DNA of 64,000 nt, from positions 842,624 to 906,623 of the forward strand of contig NMRA01000109.1 in assembly GCA_002633005.1 (NCBI GenBank), written 5' to 3'. A program made the translations under genes and the position numbers. The notes under the pieces are model-generated. The model saw only the letters and a list, made by a program, of their open reading frames with translations, had not been told where the DNA came from and did no database searches. The stretch is from Phoronis australis (taxonomy: Eukaryota > Animalia > Phoronida). Below are positions 14,032 through 28,075 of the stretch, piece after piece (the stretch's first letter is position 1; each line of letters starts with the position of its first letter).

Positions 14032-16799
14032 TTCTCATGAAGAACTAGATACTAGCACCCTCTGGAGGACATCAAGGCAGTTTCAATTTTGTTTAAATTG
14101 CAACACGTCTTATCACATACACTGTAAAAAGGTCTTTTAACAAAGTCAAACATGTTCCCTCATGCCACCCGCTGCAAAGGGGAAGTACTTCCAGGTACAA
14201 CCAGGTGGTGAAAAGAGTCACTGGACCCATGTGATCAGATCCCGTTTCTTTCTGAAAGCCTCCCATAAAGGCAAAATGACCAGGGCCAGAGATTAAATAA
14301 TTCCAAATACGGTTATATACAGAAAAAATGGAGGCCCTAACAAAACTTATAAAAGCTACGTTCACAACACAAACTCTTGAGAACCAAAGTCGAGGTGCAA
14401 AGGTCAAAGTATTTTTCAGTCACTCATAGGTGACGCTGTCAATAAGGGTACATGTTGTGGTATAACTTGATATGTTTTCAAATATACATCATTCTACGGC
14501 ATGGTATGTTGGCAGCATTCCACGGCATGATATGTTGACAGAATTCTACCATTGCAAGCAATTCATTGCTTTTATTTTGTAACCATATATACAATACTTC
14601 ATATGTTAGAAATTACGATAAAGTCAATGATCTATGACCAATCTGTGGTAACTTCAGTGTCTGTCAACTAGCAAAGCCAGTCTGAACGGTTCAACTAACT
14701 TCGCAATTTACATGAAAACTTCTTTAATTATGAAATTAAGTTGCTATGGGAGAGACTATTTACAGAAATAAGTTTTCTCAAAAAGGGCATTGCACCTGTG
14801 AGCACTAATAGTACAAGACAAATACTTTGGCAGGTCAAACATACCCAGGTCAATACTAAAGGCATTTAAGCTCGGTAGCCATATCTTACGGTACATTTTT
14901 TATACCTTGGATTAGTACAGATTCACAAAAGGGCCAGTATTCCAGTTAAGAAAACGCGTGTATTCGGTAGACACAGGAACAATGGCAAAACACAAGATCA
15001 CGCAAGACATCGCCACGTATTACAAGCGAAGCATCTACCGCATTAGCTTCCGCCATGAGATTCGTTAGTGTACAAAACTCCCGTTCAAATTATACGAAGT
15101 GCATGCCACAACAGCAATAAATTTGATTGATAAACATTTGACGAAATTTGATGTTATCACATTAAATAAAGGGAGCATATAACACAGGGTGGAGCCAAGG
15201 GGTTTTTCAAATAATTCGGTGGGCGTAACCAAATTTATAATCTGCATTACAGTTTGAAAGACTTCATTTCAACATGATCAGAAAGGGTGTACCAGAAGAA
15301 TCTTTTACACAAATAATTTCTTAATCTATACAATAATTCAATGCATTCTAAAACTTAATTTTTTAATTTTTATTTGTATGTTACAGTAGACCCCTGCTTT
15401 CAACTCTAGTATGCTCAAATGACAAGTGTTGTTATCTGCCATTTCAGGGGATGCTTTTTACAACCCCACAGTCATCCTAAAGCACACAGTACCAGTTGGT
15501 AAAGATCACTCATATTACAAACAACGCAATGTTCACTTCAGACCTTTGAACATGGGTTGAGCCTTTGTTCACCACATGTCCCCTACCTGTAAGTACCTGC
15601 AACCTGCTGGGAAAATTGTGATCAATTTCGAAAGGAGGTGTGGCCATTTTAAGATTGTTTCTACTACTTTAAATTAGGCCAACAACAACAGGTCATGGCT
15701 CAGTGAAACTGAGTGAATGTTCAAGTGGTCAGGTGCAGGAAGCACCTACAAGTGTGATCCATGTATTTTGTGCTACAGTCTACAGTCACCAAAAGCACAC
15801 ATGCAGCAATGCTTTATAAATGCTTGCGTTTGCAGATGTGGCAAACACTGTTGTACAGGAAAACTTGGCATAGTGGTTTGCGCTTCGACCTCTCATGTGT
15901 GTGCGACTAGCTCAAATACAGTGCTGGCAAGATTACAAGCATTATTGGTCAATTGGCTCAATTTTCAGTCTTAACTTGAGTGTGAGAAAGCATTATAATA
16001 ATTCAGCATTGGAACAAAAACCGTGACAAGTTGAGGAAAGTCCCCCCCCTAGCATGACAGCGCATATTATGAGCCATAAAAAATGGCAGTAAATTTACTG
16101 GATATACTGTACACATACTACATGGCTAGGTAAGGAATTTTGGGCCAACCAGATAGATGACACCCTGACCATCCAGCTGCCTCCTTCTAACCAACAGTTA
16201 TGAGCCTCACCTAAATGAATACTCTGCCAGCCCAGTAATAACAACTTTACCAAAACTGTTACCCAATACCATGCAGTTGATGGACTTGAGCTGACATTTA
16301 ACCAGCACTTGAAATAGGATAAAACTTTATACAACCAATGATCCTCATTACAAGTCATGTAAGGTGACACCACAAGGGTCAGATAACACCTGTTTTAACT
16401 AGTCTATACATGGTTTCTGTATCAGGGTACTACTACTAACCTCCAGCGATGACAGACTCATTACAACTGGTGGTAACCCTTCACACTCCTACACCCATAG
16501 ACAGAGCTGTCCGTGTGTATTTCATAACTAGTTATGGTCTTTCTTGACAAGTCCCAGAAACTAAAGTACAGTCACTTGTCCCAAACAAGGAACAGATGTG
16601 AAGAGAAACAGAAAATCTAGAGATAATTTGAAACTAGTTCATCACCATTAGAGATTAATAAGAAGCACAGAGCAAATTTATTGGTGTCAAGTGTCTTTCC
16701 CTTAACACACAACTCACTAACTGTGGCAAGACCGAAATTGTAGGCTGGAGAACGGATCACACGTGCTGCGCAGGTTTACAAATGACGGGAGTTGAAGAG

Positions 16800-17290
16800 A
16801 CAGAGCTGCATTTAGGTCATACATTACACAAGCGCAGTAGAGATGATCCTTTCCGCCTTGCCTCATATTTCGCGTTTAGACACATAATTGACGGGGAACA
16901 CGATGTTCTAGCGCAAATTGCTCAACCTCACAAACGGGTGGCAAAAGTTGTCACCGCAGTGTCAATTTGCTCCAGTTCACTCCCGTTTACACACATACTT
17001 GCGCTGGAAAAACTTGTTCCGTGTCGGCTGTACCGTGTCAACTTTTGTAGTGTAAACGATACTTATGTCATCATTTTCACATTAAAAGGCGGTTGTATTT
17101 TGCCAAGCTCATCCAGAAATTGATTTCACACACGGCAAGTCGGGTAAAACGGGTATAATGTGCCCACATTTTGAGAACCAATTTGATGTCCGTTTTTCAG
17201 TGGATGAAGCCGATTCTCAAAATGCAGGCACGTTCCATCCAACCATGGTAAAAATTCTTCAGTTTGGGGAACAATATGGTGGACAATGTG
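16800..17290 (-). repeat. Inverted diverged copy of the 12.0-12.6 kb repeat
   Basis: Reverse complements such as gtgtcaacttttgtagtgtaaac vs gtttacactacaaaagttgacac. Confidence 0.65.
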
Positions 17291-20200
17291 GTAAGCCTGT
17301 GAAAAATAGAAATAAACTTTAGAATTTTTACTGTATTACCCAAATTTGTCATCAAAAGTGCTAGCATTTTCAATCAACAAAGAGCGGCATATCCTGGTTT
17401 TAATGCACTTCTGTGTCATAAAAGTACATTTTTGGAAACAAGTACTAATTATGCAGCACTGAAATTGCAATCAGGATGAACATGTGGCAATGTCATACGT
17501 CCTGATTGTATATTCAACAACTGATAAAGGCCTGCATCAGGATACTCTATACAGGGACATCATCGTTTTTATGACCAAACACATTTTAGAATGATTATTG
17601 AATGTGATATGCTTCTTGGAGTTATTAGCTGTGACAGAGCTTTAAAACAATAAAACCACTTAGTTTTTGTGACTTTATTACAAATTACCAATTTTCGTCG
17701 TTGTCAGCCGGAAATTCTGCTAAAATCAAGGTCTGTGACTTTGCCATTTGTCGAGTGGAATTGAGCTTTGCCAGCGTAGTGTTTGACTGTGACTGCAAAA
17801 GGTTCCAGGTTTGAATGCAAACTAAAATAATGGCCAAAATCACCAATTTCATTTTCAAAGGCTGCTAATAGCCATAATTTTTTCAAAATAACGTTAGACT
17901 ATAGCTTTGGCCTGGAACTTGAAAATGGTTAAGCATTACATGGGGCTGTGTCTTCCTGAACTGGCGAGATCTTACTGTACCATACTGTACCGGACCGGAC
18001 CGTACTATACCATGGTAGAAAGAATGTGAATAGTCTGTACCACTTACAACAGATTTGTGCAGCACAGAACAGAGTTTGCCTAAAGCTGCAGGTGAACTGC
18101 ACTAGACCAATCAGCAGAATCATATGTATTCAATTTGTGATGACCCTGACCTTTCACCATGGCTTCGAGTTACCACCACGTAACCAGCAAGTCAACAGAG
18201 TACACCCTTACTATAACAAGTATTCAAGAAGATATTTTCTCATCACTAGACTTACAACATTTATGAACCCAACACCTACAAAAGGTTTTGTGTATAAGCA
18301 ACATTGCAACTTTTTCTACACAACACCAGTGTCCAAGATTTAATCTCTACACTGCCAAGTCCTCAAGATTTGAAACTTAAAACCAATCACACAGCGTGAG
18401 TGAGTACAAATTTACTCAATGTGCAACACTTACTTGGCCGAGTTTTGAGAACACCGATTGTACCACAGGCCCAAGATTGCAAAATGTCTCTAAATGAAAG
18501 TGGTCAATTCTAATTTCAACTCTGAAACCCAGAGAAAACTCACACTTATCACATCAAAAGTCCTGAGTGCCTTGTTAAACTCAGCAAGAGAACCATATTC
18601 AAGCTTCCAGCATGTTGTTTCTGGCAAGTCTTAGACAGGAGCCACCTCCCTTGATCACAAGTCCAAATTAATGAGGTCAGCTCTAATTTGTTAGCTCAGG
18701 AACACTCCAGCATTCCACTAATAGGCTCAAGTCCAGAGTCTTCCATAATTAGCCACAGATATCTAAAAGCAGGAACTTCATAAGTGTTAGAGGTCACAAC
18801 TTTGGGAAGGCAACACCTTTTCCTCGGCCTCTCTAAGAACCGACAGAACATACAGTATATGACATTGATGCACGTCCAGAACATAATAAAAATGAATGAA
18901 TTAAAAAATCAGGTGGTAGACATCAGGGTTCAATTATTTTTTTGAAAATTTCAGATAGATGTCAGTGCTACATTAGATTTTGAGAGGTGGGTGGTAGTGA
19001 AGGGTCTCCTGAACAGAGCCCTTGTAAAGCCAGGTTTACATGATGCGGAGTAGCTGATTGGGTGCAAGTATGAGTATAAACATGCAGACACCGAACAAGT
19101 TGACACTGGGGCGGCCACTTTTGACACTGGTTTGAGAGTTAGAGCAAGATGAACTCCATCAGTTGCTCCAGTGTCAATTACACGTCTAAACACAAACTGG
19201 GGCAAGGACAAGGGATTATCTCTGTTCCGCTAGCGCAACAGCTAGCATATATATGGATGATCCATTGGTATTCCACATGGTATGGACGTTCGCTATTGTT
19301 AATGTATGCGAGCATGTGCAAACAGACTTCGTGTATAAGACACGTGCTGACCCAGTTTGCAATAATGTTGTGTAAATGTGACTGAAGTGGACCCACTAGA
19401 GCCAGTGGGCTGTGAGAATTGTTCCTTGTGTATAAACATTAAGTAAAATACTCTAATTTCTCCATGGAAATGAAGATTAAGAAAATTTAAGTCTAGTACT
19501 AGCAAGGCTTGTACTGTGTAGATGTCACAAAACACCTTATGGTAAATTTTCCATTATTTCTCAATGATCAGCCTTTGAAAAGTGGAAAAAAACAGTTTTA
19601 GCAATTATTTTTGTGCAAAGTAGAGAATTACTGTATATTAACTCTGAGTGTTCATTTCACTGCCACTCAAAAGTGGCAGTGAAATATTCTGGTCAGACTC
19701 AGAAGGACAAGTCTGAGCCGTGACAGCTGCCACACAGGAGCTGAAAGGCTACCCAGGTGAAACAGAGAACATGTGCATTACACCAGAAAACACACAGTAG
19801 CACAAAGTCACTGCGAGTGTCCAATCAAAATGACGATTTAAAGGTTCGAATTTCAATGAGTTTCAGAAAATATGATAACAGAATACTGAAACCAAATAAT
19901 TAAGATCTTCCTCTCACCTTCCAATGAATGACTGAATGTGCAAGCTCCAACAAACGAGATTTCGATAAAACAGCAGATTAACTCCATGTTAACTCTATGT
20001 TTAACGGAAATAACAAGTCAATCAATGGCAGATAGATGAGATTAGTTGATATTAAGGATGGAAAGTATCTAAAGAAGACTGACATGTGTGCACACACACA
20101 TCAACTGATGGATACCAAATGTAATTAAGGGAGAAATCAAGTATTGAATGTTTGCCTTCGTGTAAATAAGAAAGGAATATCTCAACCTGGAAGAAATTCC

Positions 20201-22739
20201 ACAACACTTCTTAAGCTGTACTCACACCAAGTGAACCCTGGTGCAACTGTTTCAATAGTTTTAACTGTTGCGTAATGTCGGTTATAACACTTGCAACCCT
20301 AGTTCCAAGCATTCTGATTCACCCCAGTTAGTGCCTTAGTGCAATGTGTGAATGAAACTCAGCTAACCTGTGAGTAATAAACACTAACAGTCATAGATAA
20401 AGCATCATGACTTATTGTCCTACCATGTGTCACACTTGACTCTTGCACACAAATCCAATTCAGCTACTCAAGTGAACAACACACCAGTTTAACCCTATGC
20501 TTGGCATAACACCCAACCCTTGAATTTACAGTTCCCCTTCCCCAAATTAAGCGCCCAGCGTACCAGTAGGATACACAGTAGAGTTCAGCACTGACCAGAA
20601 CAAGACTTGGGCCAGACTGCTGGGCATACTATATGACAACATTCAATAACTGAGCTCAGTACCCTAACCTATGGTGTTTTGTCAGTTGCAGTTATGTAAA
20701 CACTGAAGCATTCAAACGCAAACAAGAATCTTTTTTCTGCATAAGTCAGACAGCCAAAAGGGATCGCCGCACTCACCACAGATGTACAGTGCGTACAGGA
20801 ACATGAATTTTTAACCAAGAGGACGTTAATAAATTGCACAGCACACCCGGAGTACAGTAATCATACATCCTATGAGCACCTGTAATCGATGAAATTAAGA
20901 GAACGTTGCCGAGAAAATATGCCGACAAATAACACCAATGATGGGAAATCATATTAGTATGATGCGTCACACGAGGGAAAACTCAGCCACATCATTCAGA
21001 GGCATCAACAGGAAGTCCACGGATAACAACAGATAATGGAAATGATCATGCATCAAAAATCTATTAAATGCAGAATGTACATGTTTGCTGCTCAATACAG
21101 AATTCCCTCGTCGGAGAAAAAATGATCACAGAGTTTAGACATTTAAATCTGTTTCAGATGGCTGATACAGTACGTTACAGCTGATGTTTCGGACTCCGTG
21201 AATTGAAAATAATTTCGAAAAAAGAACATTAGTGGCAAAAAATTTCAAGGCAAATTACTACTGTATCTTGGAAAGTGAAGATCAAGTTTGTAACAGAAAT
21301 AAAGCAAAAGAATGACCAACTTACTGCTAGCAACTGTTAGTGTACTATGTTGGAAGGAACACTCAATGGGACAAAGATGAGTCTAAACAAAGTTCTTACT
21401 GTAAAAAGAAGGCAGCCAATCCATTTCACACAAACAGCAGTGCTTTTTACAGGTAACCACGTGCTATAGTATTATTCTGAACACAATGAATGAGTGTAAC
21501 ATGGAAAGTCAACATTGCTCCTTATTCATGACTTCTGACAGGATGCTTAACAATGGGGACAGAAGGTATGGTGGTAGAAATTATAACAAGAGACAGGAAA
21601 AAGGTATCTATGGTGACTCATCCAGGTGATAACTTGAGCCTGTACCTTGACTGTCTGAGAACACCTGAGTCACTGTGATAATATTGCTTGTCTGGATAAG
21701 CTATGATAACAGGTAACAACCAGGGACACAATGCTACATCTGTATCAACCAAGGTACAAATACAGGGATGCCCGCAAGGTGATTATTAGCTCATTAATTC
21801 AGTATGACCCGTTATCAATTACGGTACATCCTCTTGCCAAGAGCAAGCCTTCAATGAAGGACATCTAGAGAACAAATCCTCACACATGACCTGAAATGAA
21901 TTTGTGACCTGAAAAAACCAGCATCAAGTAGTCAGCAGGTGTCACAATACAGGTACAGTCATTTACCACCTGTCCAGGGCAACAGACAAACGTCCTTTGA
22001 TAAGGAGGCTGAGCAAATAAGCTGGTGGAAGATTAGGGTACTAAACAGCCAGACATAAATCATGTGTAAGGTGTAAGAACACAGACTTGCACAAAATGGG
22101 GACTATACTTCACCATGAACAACAAAATATGATGAAAAATGTAAAATGGAGTCAATATCTAACGCCATAGCAATTTCATCAAACAGTACCACGATATTAT
22201 TTCCAATCTACTGAATTTCAATACATATAAGTATTTCATACAATCCAAATATCGGCTCATAACAAGCCACCACTGCACAAATGCCACTTTGGAAATTACA
22301 AGACAGACAGGATTGAACGTCGGAAGTTTCTCAGCTTAAAAGCATGATCAACAATGAATATATTGGATTTTCAGACCAAAGATTCCAGTACTTACTGAAG
22401 AGTTTTCTATCCAGCTCTACCGGGAAGTGGCTTCAACAAGCTACTAATTATGTCAATATCCCTGACATTGCCAAGACAATGACTGAGTGACCATGTACAA
22501 ACACAAGGTACCTAAACTACACGGTCAACGGACTCATAAACACGAGCACAAACGCGTGAACACGACTCACGGACCTGCAAACACTGTCCACTGACTCACA
22601 AACACGGGAACGGACTCACAAAACACGAGCCACGCACCCAAATACACGGGACATGGACTCATATTCCCGAGGAAACATGGNAATTATGTCAATATCCCTG
22701 ACATTGCCAAGACAATGACTGAGTGACCATGTACAAACA

Positions 22740-23189
22740 CAAGGTACCTAAACTACATGGACAACGGACTCATAAACACGATCACAAACGCATGAACACG
22801 ACTCACGGACCTGCAAACACTGTCCACTGACTCACAAACACGGGAACGGACTCACAAAACACGAGCCACGCACCCAAATACACGGGACATGGACTCATAT
22901 TCCCGAGGAAACATGGTTAACGCACCGCCAAACACAGTTTACGGACAAAATGGAGATGTCAGCTTACCCATGAAGCCGATGAGTCCGTGACCCGTGTTTG
23001 GCGGTCCGTTAACCGTGTTTCCTCGAGAATATGAGTCCGTGTCCCGTGTATTTGGGTGTGTGGATCGTGTTTTGTGAGTCCGTTCCTGTGTTTGTGAGTC
23101 AGTGGACGGTGTTTGCACGTCTGTTAGTCGTGTTCATGCATTCGTGCCGGTGTTTATGAGTACGCTGACCGTGTAGTTTAAGTACCTTG
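22740..23189. mobile_element. Foldback MITE, ~450 bp with ~205-bp inverted arms made of acacg/gactc subrepeats
   Basis: caaggtacctaaactac... / ...gtagtttaagtaccttg; arms complementary along their length. Confidence 0.85.
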
Positions 23190-23283
23190 AAACAAACCCT
23201 TGGACCACAAACATCAGAAAGGAATGTATAGTCTTTTCTTTACCTACAGTCAAAATGATGGATGACTGGCTTCGGCCAACATA

Positions 23284-24432
23284 CCGTAATCGTTCGGGTT
23301 AACGCCCATGCTCAGTTAACCGCCCACCCCTACTTTAGGTGGATTTTCGATTTAACCGCCCACTGCTCGGTTAACCGCCCCCTGCTATTTTTGAAGATTT
23401 CCAATTAAGCGCCCACCTCTCGGTTAAGCGCCCATCCCCTACTTTTGACGATTGGTGATTACCGCCCTGTGCTAATAGGAAACGCGAATCCCCGACCTTT
23501 TAGATTAAGATCGATGCCATCGATAACATTGAGTGCAACGACGGCCTCAGAGACCGCGGTTTAGCAATGTGAATTATGATACCAGTAACAAATTATTGTA
23601 ACGGGTCATCGATTAACTTCAAAATGTAATACTTGAACACTTTGTCACTTTCTTTTCTTCTCATGTTCGCAAACTTTAGGAACCGCGCTGGCGTCTACAC
23701 CTCCACTTTCAGCCACAATCTCTGCCGCACTGAGTTATCGACTACAGTGCACTNNNNNNNNNNNNNNNNNNNNNNNNNNNNNNNNNNNNNNNNNNNNNNN
23801 NNNNNNNNNNNNNNNNNNNNNNNNNNNNNNNNNNNNNNNNNNNNNNNNNNNNNNNNNNNNNNNNNNNNNNNNNNNNNNNNNNNNNNNNNNNNNNNNNNNN
23901 NNNNNNNNNNNNNNNNNNNNNNNNNNNNNNNNNNNNNNNNNNNNNNNNNNNNNNNNNNNNNNNNNNNNNNNNNNNNNNNNNNNNNNNNNNNNNNNNNNNN
24001 NNNNNNNNNNNNNNNNNNNNNNNNNNNNNNNNNNNNNNNNNNNNNNNNNNNNNNNNNNNNNNNNNNNNNNNNNNNNNNNNNNNNNNNNNNNNNNNNNNNN
24101 NNNNNNNNNNNNNNNNNNNNNNNNNNNNNNNNNNNNNNNNNNNNNNNNNNNNNNNNNNNNNNNNNNNNNNNNNNNNNNNNNNNNNNNNNNNNNNNNNNNN
24201 NNNNNNNNNNNNNNNNNNNNNNNNNNNNNNNNNNNNNNNNNNNNNNNNNNNNNNNNNNNNNNNNNNNNNNNNNNNNNNNNNNNNNNNNNNNNNNNNNNNN
24301 NNNNNNNNNNNNNNNNNNNNNNNNGATTTCTTGAAATTTCACGTTTAAGCGCCCATGTCTGGTTAACCGCCCACCTCCGATTTTTGGGTTCGCCAATTTA
24401 ACCGCCCAGGGCGTTAACCCGAACGATTACGG
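23284..24432. mobile_element. Tc1/mariner-type MITE spanning an assembly gap
   Basis: Perfect TIR CCGTAATCGTTCGGGTTAACGCCC, TA TSD on both sides, subterminal ttaa(c/g)cgccc repeats; N gap 23754-24324 inside. Confidence 0.85.
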
Positions 24433-25193
24433 TAGTACTCAAGACTTCAATTCCACATCATGAAAACTGAGCGCAAACAGAATTCGCCTACACAATAGCT
24501 GTCCATCCAGTCACAAAAGAAAATGACGGGGGAAATAAGCAACGTGGGATCGGTACTCTACACCGGCCCCATTATGGGTTTCAAGATATGAATTAATTTC
24601 TGGATAACACTAAATGATCATCCTTCAATCCGTATCAGTCTGATCAACATTTATAAAATCATTTATGGAAACTGAGTTTGAACAAATTAACAAGACTGAT
24701 GATAAACCTAACATGAAAAATTATATGAGCTGTTCAGACTAAAAAACCATATAGTTAGTTCTGATCTGTACACTGGTACCCCTCATTTTGCAACCTGTGC
24801 TTGCACCCTGACAAAAAACAACAAGAAAAAACATCTGCCCACATCAGACTCGGCTAAGATCTCACGATTTTTTTGAAAAGCTGAATAAAAGCATATAAGG
24901 CCATGCAAGATTTGAAATGCCATGATTCGAGAGGCGATGGGTAAAAAAACAAATCCTGCATCATTTCATCAGGATGGGTTTCCTTTTTTGAAAGAGTGAG
25001 CATCTAAAAAAATACTGCACCATTACCACAGACTTGACTTTCAAAAACATAGACCACAACCAACTATGCTTTTGGCCTAATATGAATTCTTATCAACTAT
25101 TTATATCATATAATATCATTCATATGAATTCATACAAAAATCAAATGTACGTTATGACCAATCAAAACTTGCCTGAGTATTTTGGTAACAACT

Positions 25194-25859
25194 GAAACTA
25201 ATCGCGCGGGATGGGGTTATCAAATACGCTGTGCTAACAACGTCATTGCGGAAGGTAGTGGCTGCCACCATGTATACACAAGCAGTACGCGGATGGACTT
25301 TGAGGCTATACAACGTGCCCTAACCAAGCTGTCACTCCTAGACCTGGAGAATAACACCATTATCTTTGCCACCGAGTCCATGGCAGTGTTGATGAAAGTT
25401 CAATCTGGAAACCTCCCAGCCAACTGGGGAGTCTTCCGATCACGCCACCCTCATCATGTAGTAATCTGGTCTTTCGTACCTGGCCATGCCGGTGTCTTGA
25501 TTAATGAGCGTGCAGATTACCTCGCTGGCTCATGCACCACCAACCAACCCCTCTACTTATATTCGGCTGACGTTAAGCTGCTGGCCCGCAAACGCAACCT
25601 CGATCAGACTGCATCCCAACTGGCTGAGTTCAGTGATATCAGCCGCCTGCTCGAAGTCGGTATTATTTATGGCCATGCTGCGAAGAGTCACAAGAAGAGC
25701 CGTGCCCGAGTGCTGTCTAATCAAATGCTTACAGGCAACGTCAGCCCTGGAGTTCTGCGCCTTCTGCTGTCACGGGGATGGTCTGGGGAGGGGATTAATG
25801 CACCAGCACATCCCCAATGATCCTGTCTGTGACAGGTATTACAGGTATTATTACAGGTA
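25194..25859 (+). mobile_element. 5'-truncated non-LTR retrotransposon carrying an RNase H domain
   Basis: Open frame to TGA at 25820 with AGWG, EAI..AL, W.FVPGHAGV..NERAD motifs; (ACAGGTATT)n tail; TSD TTTGGTAACAACT at 25181-25193 and 25860-25872. Confidence 0.9.
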
Positions 25860-26995
25860 TTTGGTAACAACTTTGACAAAAACGACTACAGCAAAAAGAG
25901 TTTCGTACGCTCTTCATACAAGCAAGGAGGGACAGGAGTATGTCAATCATAGGGAACTTCACAACATTATTCCCACTGCTGCAGTCCCTCCAAAACCATT
26001 TAACTGACACCCACGTCACTACAGTTGAAGGCCAGGCTACAACAGCTGCATAACAAGCCTGAGAAAGTGAGGCACCAAAGCAAACTGTTAATTTTAGAAA
26101 GTCAGTTCATTAGTTGATAATAGTGCAGAACACTTGCCTTTACCTTCACAGAGTACAATACAATGCTCTCAGGGTCTACAACAGAGCTGCTGCGTCAAGT
26201 GGGGATGGTAGACTGCGCTTTATGCTTTAATGGGGATACTTGATGAAATTAGAATTCACGGATTTTATAAATTCTCTACGATCCTGACAAATCGACACTG
26301 CTACACGAGAATGTCCAACATCCCACAATCTTCGTACAGGAAAGAAATTGGGTCATATGAAGAAAGGCACTTTCATGCTCTCCCAACATTAAAGAGTTGT
26401 CAACATTAAAGAGTTGTGTCTACTGTTCCGTACATCAGAAAGGTAGTGTGCAACAACTAGATCCGAAATTTGTACAAAATCAGACTGCCAAATTACAAAC
26501 AACGCTGTAATTACTTCCATGGCTGGATGAATAGGTATTAGGTTTATTATGCAATTATGTTGTCATGGCAACAGACTTAACTAAGTGACTGTTTTCATTT
26601 CAATGCCTACAGAGCCAAAGCAAGTAAATCTGGCTTGAAAGGCACTTCATTTGCCAAGTAAATAGAATTACAAGCAGCAGGATATTTCACTTCAAAAATG
26701 ATCAATTCAGCAACATTCACCACAAAAGAAAAACTTAATTTATGCCTTCACTTATGTAATAGGATACACGACCATTAGAACATCAAGTGTGAGTCTGCAT
26801 ATATATTGAAACAGTGGGCTCTACTCCAAATTGCAAAACCAAATCTGTCAACCACAAGGAAATTGCAAACAGGGTTTCCCAAAAGTGCCCCCCAGGCGGG
26901 TCTGTTACTCCGAAGTTCAGTCTACGCACAGCCTACCCTCCAACAACTTGCACTAGTATAATTTACCTCAATTTTAAAAAGAGCGTACACAGACG

Positions 26996-26996
26996 T

Positions 26997-27033
<37 letters not shown>

Positions 27034-27280
27034 NNNNNNNNNNNNNNNNNNNNNNNNNNNNNNNNNNNNNNNNNNNNNNNNNNNNNNNNNNNNNNNNNNN
27101 NNNNNNNNNNNNNNNNNNNNNNNNNNNNNNNNNNNNNNNNNNNNNNNNNNNNNNNNNNNNNNNNNNNNNNNNNNNNNNNNNNNNNNNNNNNNNNNNNNNN
27201 NNNNNNNNNNNNNNNNNNNNNNNNNNNNNNNNNNNNNNNNNNNNNNNNNNNNNNNNCACCCATACACACACACACACACA
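26996..27280 (+). repeat. (CA)n microsatellite interrupted by gap 27034-27256
   Basis: Direct observation. Confidence 0.9.
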
Positions 27281-27991
27281 TCCGATAACTAGGGTAAGGC
27301 GGAAGTAATTACTTTACTCCCTGCCCCCATTTTGGCGGCCACACAGCGATTACAAGTAGCAAGTTACCCTAGAACAAGTTATGTACTCAACCTCGATAAT
27401 ATCAAATAAGTTGTCACAAGTGGGGTAAGTTGCACTACGGTAGTTTAGATAGCGCATAGACAGCACTCAAACTTAGCAATAACACATTCCAGAAGCTACG
27501 GGACATTTTTCCTTAAAACATTATGGTTAGACCCCTCCCCTTAGACACCCAAGAGTCTACCAGTGTCACAGAGATTTCAATTTTCATAAGGTCCTTTTCC
27601 GTCCAAAGTTCGAGGCTTTTTGAATAATCTAATAGGCTCTTTTGGAAACTTGCATTACTGCCTGTTGGTCCCTGCCTATTCACTTTGACATGAGCAGTTT
27701 AGCTACTGAAAGTAAAGCGGCGCCTTTAGCCGCATTTACATTAGGCGCGTGGGACACACAACAGCTCATCGGGTTCAAGTATGTGTGTGAACACGGCAGA
27801 CATGGAGCAAATTGCTATTGCGGCGGCCATTTTTGTCCCCGTTTGATAGGTTAGAGCAAGTTGCACTCAATCAGTTGCTCCAGTGTCAACTCACAGGTCT
27901 AAACACAAACTGGGACAATGCAGAATGGAATCAACTTTTAATGCCCTTGTCACTTACATAATAGCCTATGCACAGAGCAATCACAATTGTT

Positions 27992-28075
27992 ACTTGGCGA
28001 AATAAATTTCGCCAAGTATGTTGCTCTTCCACTAAGTTTGTTTTTTTTTTACTTGGCGAAATAAATTTCGCCAAG
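27992..28075. mobile_element. Terminus of a hairpin-ended element inserted after TT (Helentron-like), present twice
   Basis: Palindrome ACTTGGCGAAAT-AA-ATTTCGCCAAG(T) at 27992 and 28051, each following T residues. Confidence 0.5.

Noticed and set aside
22446-22916. 236-bp tandem duplication
   Set aside because: Copies are joined by a single N at 22681 and differ by a few SNPs; most likely overlapping haplotype contig ends
23633-24396. 233-aa ORFs on both strands (and ORFs at 26814-27308)
   Set aside because: Made of N gaps and CA repeats; artefacts
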